Part shown: positions 57,950 to 64,000 of the stretch, one piece after another
Position numbering within the stretch: position 1 is the stretch's first letter
How the letters are laid out: each line of letters begins with the position of its first letter
IMG/VR virus record: IMGVR_UViG_3300023174_000155
Location: 6,154 to 70,153 of that record
Length of the DNA stretch: 64,000 nucleotides
Strand: one strand, 5' to 3'
Source of the DNA: a virus
Program-made: the position numbers and the translations under genes
Notes under the pieces: model-generated
Seen by the model: the letters and a program-made list of their open reading frames with translations, nothing else
What the model was told of the DNA's origin: nothing
Databases searched by the model: none

Positions 57950-60634
57950 TTAAAGTGCTACTTTGCTGAATTTAACCGTTACATTTGTAGTTGAAGCATC
58001 TGTTACAGTTACCTGTAATATTGCATTTGTTGAAGATACTGAAGCGGCTACAACTACACCTGTCATTGTTCCGCCAGTTTCTGTAATTGCAAACTCTGTC
58101 ATATCTACAGAAGTTCCATCATCTTGAACAATAACCTTAGATGTTCTAATCTTTGAACCCTGTCTTAATGAAACCATATATTCAATTGATGTAAAGTCTG
58201 CTAAAGCTGTTGTATCAATAGTTGTTGCAGTATTTCCAGTAATTGTTGCTGTTCCAGTTACAATTGGAACTACCAAGGTTGCCCATGATGCTGATGTTCC
58301 ATTTGTAGTAAGGTACTTACCTGAATTTCCAGTCTGTGAAGGAAGAGCATCTACTGTTGCCCATGAAACATCAGTTCCATTAGATGTTAAATACTTTCCA
58401 CTTGCTGAAGCTTGTGATGGAAGAACTGCATTTGCTGCACCTGCTTGAGTTGTAGCTCCAGTTCCTCCCTTATTAAGAGCAATTGCTGATGCAGACCATG
58501 TACCTGTAGTAACTGTTCCTAATGTAGTAATATCATTATCACCAGTATATGTTCCTGCAGCTACCGCTGTTAAAGTTGAGTTATATGCTTGAACATCTGT
58601 ACCAATTGCTAGTCCAAGTGATGTTCTAGCATCTGATGCTGTTGTAGCATTTGTTCCACCATTTGCAATTGGTAAAGTTCCAGTTACACCAGTTGTAAGA
58701 GGAAGACCTGTTGCATTTGTAAGCACACCAGATGTTGGAGTTCCAAGAGCTGGGGTTACAAGAGTAGGAGATGTAGCAAATACTAGTGAGCCTGTTCCAG
58801 TTTCATCTGTTACTGCACTTATAAGATTTGCAGAAGATGGTGTTCCAAGGAATGTTGCAACTCCTGTTCCAAGAGATGTAATTCCTGTTCCACCATTTGC
58901 TACTGGCAAAGTTCCACTTACATCATTTGCAAGACGTACCGTTAGTGTATTATCTGCGCCTGAAATTGTCTTATTTGTTAATGTCTGAGCAGTTGTTTTA
59001 TCTACTGTTGTAGCTGTGTCAATTGTTAATGTTCCTGGTGTTGACTCTGTTAAACCAGTTCCAGCAATAATTGATTGTCCTGTGTTAAACTGAGTATAAG
59101 TAATATTTGAGGTACCTATTGTTATTGTACCTATAGTATTCATTATATAGCCGTACCCGCCATTGGTTGCTCCATTTTGAACAAATGTAAAGTCTCCGTA
59201 TGCAATTTCTCCAGATGGAGTATTATCTGCATCTGTTGCACGAGTTAATACCCATGGAGCAGATACTGAACCTACAGTTGTTAATGTATAAATACCATTT
59301 TGCTTTGCATCTGTTTGATTCTTAACAAGAATTCTATCTCCAACTGTAAATGAATTATGACCATCTAAAGTTGTCCAAGCACGGTTTGTATCAGCAGTAA
59401 GAGTTGCTCCAAATCCACTTGTTCCATTTGAATAGTTTGCAGATAAATTTCCAGTTGTAGCAACATGTACTGCGGCATGGAAGTTTAATCCTGCTGTAAT
59501 ATTATCTACATATGCCTTAGTTGCTGCATGATTTGAGTTCTCTGGTGATCCTGATAGTGTTAAAAATCCTGTTAAAGTTCCGCCTGATAATGGTAATTTA
59601 TCATTTAATTGAGTCTGAATTCCAGATGTAACTCCATCCAAATATCCAATCTCTGTATCTGAAACATTTGCAACTCTTAACTGAATATTTGTTGAGTCTA
59701 CAGTAATTGTATTTGATGCATCATTATAAACTAAACCTGTTCCAAGGATATTTCCTACTGCATCCTGTGCTCTTTCATCTGTAAAATATTTATTTGTTGA
59801 ACCTTCTGAAATATCATCTGATCCTAATGTGCGGGATCCACCTAAAGATACTGATGTTCCATTAATTGTAATTGCTGAATTTGAAAGTTTATTATTTGCA
59901 ATTGATCCTGCAAGTTTTGAATTTGTAACTGCAGAATCTTTAATTTCAGCTGTGTCTACTGCATCATCTGCTAATTTAGCATTTGTTACAGAATTTGCTG
60001 CCAACATTGTTGCAGAAACTGAGCCTGTATCTGCATTTGTAATAAGTGTTCCAGTAATATCTGGAATTGTAATTGTACGGTCTGCTGTAGGCTCTCCTAC
60101 AGTTAATGTTGTCTCATATGAATCTGCTACTGCACCTTCAAAAACAATGCTTGAATCAGATAAATATAATCCAGAAACTGTTGGATTTGTTAAAGTCTTA
60201 TTTGTTAGTGTATTTGTTGAATCTGCCAATACTACTGTACCAGTAGCGTCTGGGAATGTAATTGTTCTATCTGCTGTAGGATCTGTAAATACTACAGTTG
60301 TTTCATTTGTATTATCTGTTGTTCCTTCTACAATAAATCCTGGACCTAGAATTAATGCATTTCCGCTTGCATCCATTTCTACTAGCCCGCCTTTTACTCC
60401 TACATCTGTTGTTGGAACATAATCTCCAAGGGAGTTTGCCAATCCTGCTGGGGTAATATTAGAATATGATGAAATGCTATTCCATGCTGTTCCAACTGTT
60501 GGGGCTGTTACTGCAGGACCAATTTTAAATTTGCCTGTGTCTGTTTCTATTCCCATTTCACCTGGATATAGTAGTGGATTATTTGAGCTCCAGTTACCTG
60601 ATGTGTCTCTTCTTAATTGAATTCTAATTGCCAT
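57950..60634 (-). CDS. long modular fibre protein (start corrected to MAIRI)
   Basis: IQLRRDT..NW...NP.L..GE.G.ETDTGKFKIG N-terminus; PTADRTIT.PD, TLTNKT, ATKAYVD, LP.ANGGT repeats; C-terminal beta domain. Confidence 0.85.
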   Translation of the reverse strand: MAIRIQLRRDTSGNWSSNNPLLYPGEMGIETDTGKFKIGPAVTAPTVGTAWNSISSYSNITPAGLANSLGDYVPTTDVGVKGGLVEMDASGNALILGPGFIVEGTTDNTNETTVVFTDPTADRTITFPDATGTVVLADSTNTLTNKTLTNPTVSGLYLSDSSIVFEGAVADSYETTLTVGEPTADRTITIPDITGTLITNADTGSVSATMLAANSVTNAKLADDAVDTAEIKDSAVTNSKLAGSIANNKLSNSAITINGTSVSLGGSRTLGSDDISEGSTNKYFTDERAQDAVGNILGTGLVYNDASNTITVDSTNIQLRVANVSDTEIGYLDGVTSGIQTQLNDKLPLSGGTLTGFLTLSGSPENSNHAATKAYVDNITAGLNFHAAVHVATTGNLSANYSNGTSGFGATLTADTNRAWTTLDGHNSFTVGDRILVKNQTDAKQNGIYTLTTVGSVSAPWVLTRATDADNTPSGEIAYGDFTFVQNGATNGGYGYIMNTIGTITIGTSNITYTQFNTGQSIIAGTGLTESTPGTLTIDTATTVDKTTAQTLTNKTISGADNTLTVRLANDVSGTLPVANGGTGITSLGTGVATFLGTPSSANLISAVTDETGTGSLVFATSPTLVTPALGTPTSGVLTNATGLPLTTGVTGTLPIANGGTNATTASDARTSLGLAIGTDVQAYNSTLTAVAAGTYTGDNDITTLGTVTTGTWSASAIALNKGGTGATTQAGAANAVLPSQASASGKYLTSNGTDVSWATVDALPSQTGNSGKYLTTNGTSASWATLVVPIVTGTATITGNTATTIDTTALADFTSIEYMVSLRQGSKIRTSKVIVQDDGTSVDMTEFAITETGGTMTGVVVAASVSSTNAILQVTVTDASTTNVTVKFSKVAL

Positions 60635-60635
60635 T

Positions 60636-60935
60636 TTATGCTGTTCCCCCATCTATTGAATCATTAAATTCTGTTGTTGCTCCACCACCATTTATTGAAA
60701 CTACATAGTCAGTATTTGCTGCGTAATTTCCATAATCAACGGTTCTAATGTCACCGTCTGTGTAGTGTGTATGGCCCAAAATTGCTTTTGGGCCAGCCAC
60801 ATCATACCAAACTTCTCCGTTATATGCTTTAATAGTTCTTTCTTCTGTATTATAATACATTTGCCCAGTTATTGGATTAGCTGGCGGTGTAGCCATATTA
60901 ACCAATACTATCGGAGTTAAGAACTTTTTGGCCAT
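60636..60935 (-). CDS. small fibre-associated protein
   Basis: P.NP..GQ.YYNT.....YNG..W and terminal IDGG motif. Confidence 0.65.
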   Translation of the reverse strand: MAKKFLTPIVLVNMATPPANPITGQMYYNTEERTIKAYNGEVWYDVAGPKAILGHTHYTDGDIRTVDYGNYAANTDYVVSINGGGATTEFNDSIDGGTA

Positions 60936-60938
60936 GTT

Positions 60939-63911
60939 TTATGCCTGTACTACTACTCTGTATGTTTCTCCTGAAACAGGAGCTACAGCAAATCCGATTG
61001 TTACAGCAGATGTAGTTATTCTTGTAATATCTGTCTCAACCTTAGCACCTGTTGCAACTTCATAAACAGCAACTTGAATATCTAATGTATCAAGACCGTG
61101 TGTAATTGCAAATTCCGTTGCGCTAAATGGGTTTGTTGGTGTAATAGTAGCTGCATACTTTCGTACAACAACTGCTGTATTAATTGCTACATCATCAGCA
61201 TTTACAGTAATGCCTGTTCCAGCGCCAACATTAAATGTTGTTCCAGATTGTGTAAGACCAGAACCTGCTGTAAATGCTCCAGCTCCTGAGAACTGTGTAA
61301 ACGTTAATGCTGTTGTCCCTAGTGTTATTGCATCATCTGTTGTAAGAACCCAGCCTGTGTTTCCATTTACTGTACCTTCTGATACAAATGTAAACATTCC
61401 TGCTGTAACTTCTGCACTTAGATTTGCATCTTCTGCACGATCTGGTGCTCCAGAAGCCTTGACAACATAAATACCGTTTTCAGAACCAGTTGATTGATTC
61501 TTAACAAGAACACGGTCACCAGTAGCAAGAGTTACTCCATCAAGAATGTCTCCATTTTCAAGTTCTGAAGCTAATGTTAATGGTGCTGTAGTTGCTACAC
61601 GAACTGATGCTTTAACATCTAATCCGCTTGCAGTTGCATCTACATAAGCCTTAGTAGCAATTGTTGTAGTATCAACTGTTAGCTCACCTGTTCCGCCATT
61701 TAATGACAGACCTGAACCAACACTTAGGATTCCTGCATTAGTACCTTGAATACCCTGAGAACCTGTAGTTCCTTGAGCACCAGTTGTTCCCTGTGAACCT
61801 GTATTACCAGTTGTTCCCTGAGATCCTGTTGTACCTTGTGTGCCAGTAGTTCCTGTTGCACCCTGTGCTCCAGTAGTTCCTGTTGTACCCTGTGATCCTG
61901 TAGAACCAATTTCTCCTTGGCTTCCAGTTGTACCTTGTGCACCTGTAGAACCTTGAGCACCAGTTGTTCCTTGTGCACCAGTTGTTCCTGTTGTTCCCTG
62001 TGTACCAGTAGTACCCTGTGAACCAATTTCTCCCTGAGCACCAGTTGTTCCTTGTGCACCAGTTGTTCCTGTTGTTCCCTGTGTACCAGTTGTGCCTTGG
62101 GCTCCTGTAGTTCCTTGAGCACCAGTTGTGCCTTGGCTACCAGTTGTTCCTTGTGTACCTTGAGTTCCAGTATCACCTTTATCACCAACTCTTGCAAATG
62201 TTAAATATGCTGGATCGGTGTTCCCAAGTGATAAAGAACCAGAAACGTATGCAATTGGAACTGTGAAATATGCACCAGAATTTTCATTATGATTACCAAT
62301 AATCTGGAAGAACGCATAGTTAGCATTAGGCTCGTCTGCGCCTGATATCTTAATAGTTCCCTTAATGCCTGATGTTGAGTCATCAATAGTTTGTAAGAAT
62401 GAAGTAATGTTAGTTGCATTTCCATCGATATTATCAATGTAAAGTGCAGTTGCCGAAGCAATTGTTCCATTGTTAAATTTAAAATTACCTGCACCTGGAT
62501 CTGTGTTTGAAGTGCTAATTAAGAAGTCATAATTAAATGTTTCTCCACCAAATGCACCTGTAGCACCTTGAGAACCAGTAATTCCTTGTGTACCAGTCGT
62601 ACCTTGTGCACCAGTCGCACCTTGTGTTCCAGTTGTGCCCTGTGTACCAGTAGTACCCTGTGAACCAGTATTACCCTGTGAACCAACTTCTCCCTGGGCA
62701 CCAGTAGTTCCCTGTGAGCCTGTATTGCCAGTATTTCCTTGAATACCCTGTATACCTTGTGTTCCAGTAGTTCCTTGTGTTCCAGTAGTTCCTTGTGTTC
62801 CAGTTGTACCAGTGTTTCCTTGTGCACCTTGTGTACCAGTTGTTCCCTGGCTACCAGTAGAACCAATAGCGCCTTGTGAACCAACTTCTCCTTGAGCACC
62901 AGTTGATCCTTGTGCGCCAGTCGTACCTTGTGCACCAGTTGTGCCTTGTGAACCAGTATTACCAGTGGTTCCAGTAGTTCCCTGAGCACCAGTCGTACCC
63001 TGTACACCAGTTGCTCCATCTAGGTTAATTGACCAAACAGCAAATACTCCTGAGCCTCTAACATCATTAACATTTACAGTCAGAGTATTTGATCCTGAAT
63101 TATAGCTTACTACAGTTGCAGACATGTTATTATTTACATCGTAAGCAACTACTACGTCTTGACCTACTGAATATGAAAGATCTGGATCATTTAATACAAA
63201 ACTTACGTTATTTGCTACTTCAATTGTACGTGAAGTTGTAGAAGTTGTCTTGTATCTGTCAGAATGTCCTTGAACACCTTGTGCTCCGACTTCACCTTGA
63301 GCACCAGTAGATCCTTGAGCTCCAGTGTTTCCTTGAGTACCAGTTGTACCTTGTGAACCAGTAATTCCCTGTGATCCAACTTGTCCCTGTGTACCAGTGG
63401 TTCCTTGTGAACCTGTTGTACCCTGTGCACCAGTTGTGCCCTGAGTACCTGTTGTTCCCTGTGAACCAGTTTGTCCCTGTGCACCAGTAGCTCCTTGAGC
63501 ACCGTCTGCACCAATATAACCTGCAGTACCCTGTGCACCAGTATTACCTTGTGCACCAGTTGTACCCTGCGTACCAGTTGTACCCTGTGAACCAATAGCT
63601 CCTTGTGTACCTGTTGTGCCCTGTGAACCAATAGCGCCTTGTGTTCCAGTAGTTCCTTGTGCGCCTGTTGTTCCTTGTGAACCAGTTGTACCTGTTGTTC
63701 CTTGAGATCCTGTTGTACCAGTAGCACCTTGTGCACCTGTGCTGGTGTTAATCCATGCGCTACCATTCCATGATCGTAAATATCCTAAAACTGTGTCAAA
63801 GTAAATCTGTCCAACGACTGGTGAAGCTGGTGCCGTTGATAAATTTTGAATTCTTGCATTTAATAGCTCATTTTTATTGAGATCTATTCCTACCATATAC
63901 TTTCTTGCCAT
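60939..63911 (-). CDS. long Thr-rich collagen-like fibre protein with three collagen blocks
   Basis: three (G-x-Q-G-T-T)n blocks separated by globular domains; ATKAYVD...GDRVLVKNQ module; C-terminal THGL.T.D domain; AAGGAG RBS. Confidence 0.88.
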   Translation of the reverse strand: MARKYMVGIDLNKNELLNARIQNLSTAPASPVVGQIYFDTVLGYLRSWNGSAWINTSTGAQGATGTTGSQGTTGTTGSQGTTGAQGTTGTQGAIGSQGTTGTQGAIGSQGTTGTQGTTGAQGNTGAQGTAGYIGADGAQGATGAQGQTGSQGTTGTQGTTGAQGTTGSQGTTGTQGQVGSQGITGSQGTTGTQGNTGAQGSTGAQGEVGAQGVQGHSDRYKTTSTTSRTIEVANNVSFVLNDPDLSYSVGQDVVVAYDVNNNMSATVVSYNSGSNTLTVNVNDVRGSGVFAVWSINLDGATGVQGTTGAQGTTGTTGNTGSQGTTGAQGTTGAQGSTGAQGEVGSQGAIGSTGSQGTTGTQGAQGNTGTTGTQGTTGTQGTTGTQGIQGIQGNTGNTGSQGTTGAQGEVGSQGNTGSQGTTGTQGTTGTQGATGAQGTTGTQGITGSQGATGAFGGETFNYDFLISTSNTDPGAGNFKFNNGTIASATALYIDNIDGNATNITSFLQTIDDSTSGIKGTIKISGADEPNANYAFFQIIGNHNENSGAYFTVPIAYVSGSLSLGNTDPAYLTFARVGDKGDTGTQGTQGTTGSQGTTGAQGTTGAQGTTGTQGTTGTTGAQGTTGAQGEIGSQGTTGTQGTTGTTGAQGTTGAQGSTGAQGTTGSQGEIGSTGSQGTTGTTGAQGATGTTGTQGTTGSQGTTGNTGSQGTTGAQGTTGSQGIQGTNAGILSVGSGLSLNGGTGELTVDTTTIATKAYVDATASGLDVKASVRVATTAPLTLASELENGDILDGVTLATGDRVLVKNQSTGSENGIYVVKASGAPDRAEDANLSAEVTAGMFTFVSEGTVNGNTGWVLTTDDAITLGTTALTFTQFSGAGAFTAGSGLTQSGTTFNVGAGTGITVNADDVAINTAVVVRKYAATITPTNPFSATEFAITHGLDTLDIQVAVYEVATGAKVETDITRITTSAVTIGFAVAPVSGETYRVVVQA

Positions 63912-63923
63912 CTTTTTATCTCC

Positions 63924-64000
63924 TTAAGACAGGTACGCTGTCCCTGAAAATGGTTGAGCCATTGTCAGCGTTATTTGGTTAATACTATTATAATCTATTC
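63924..64000 (-). CDS. C-terminus of an upstream fibre-associated protein (partial)
   Basis: ...IDYNSINQITLTMAQPFSGTAYLS-stop. Confidence 0.55.
   Translation of the reverse strand, partial: IDYNSINQITLTMAQPFSGTAYLS

Noticed and set aside
134-61470. All plus-strand ORFs in the track
   Set aside because: They are antisense shadows of minus-strand genes with no RBS or recognisable motifs; Pro-rich ones mirror Gly-rich genes.
42811-63766. Alternative-frame ORFs (LVHKELL..., NWCTR...) and 9/18-bp tandem repeats as CRISPR or separate genes
   Set aside because: They are off-frame readings of collagen repeats; no constant repeat with unique spacers.
41218-64000. Diversity-generating retroelement or invertase shufflon acting on fibre tips
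   Set aside because: No reverse transcriptase or recombinase, no adenine-specific TR/VR pair noticed, and all cassettes are co-oriented; one outside the window cannot be excluded.
1-64000. tRNA/ncRNA genes or stop-codon recoding
   Set aside because: Intergenic gaps are short and explained by promoters/terminators; TAA, TAG and TGA all end full-length genes. No covariance search was run.

Overview
64 kb of an AT-rich tailed dsDNA phage (siphovirus-type tail module); every credible gene is on the minus strand. In transcription order (right to left): (i) 39.3-64 kb, a large accessory fibre region with Thr-rich collagen-like proteins, Gly-rich/FN3 fibre proteins paired with small chaperone-like genes, and interspersed enzymes (APS kinase fused to a HIGH nucleotidyltransferase, sulfotransferase, beta-propeller glycosidase/transferase, TPR-methyltransferase, two dUTPase-like paralogues); (ii) 13.1-39.3 kb, head-neck-tail genes (portal, protease/scaffold, capsid, HNH-like endonuclease, adaptor, major tail, frameshifted chaperones, 2417-aa tape measure, tail tip, S74-chaperone fibre); (iii) 0-13 kb, replication/recombination (metallophosphoesterase, DnaB, primase, SSB, LAGLIDADG endonuclease, DnaE, MazG, RecA, Cas4-like nuclease, RuvC-like). 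Gene content/order recalls large actinobacterial siphoviruses, and many leaderless promoters fit an actinobacterial host (inference). Highlights: the tape measure protein carries an R-S-ExE ADP-ribosyltransferase domain plus a second cargo, bracketed by repeated phi-x-x-G-G-x-V motifs; and a candidate phage-encoded PAPS synthesis/sulfation/glyco-modification pathway sits among Thr-rich fibre genes. No tRNA, CRISPR array, integrase, terminase or lysin was recognised. Family assignments are by motif recognition only; no searches were run.
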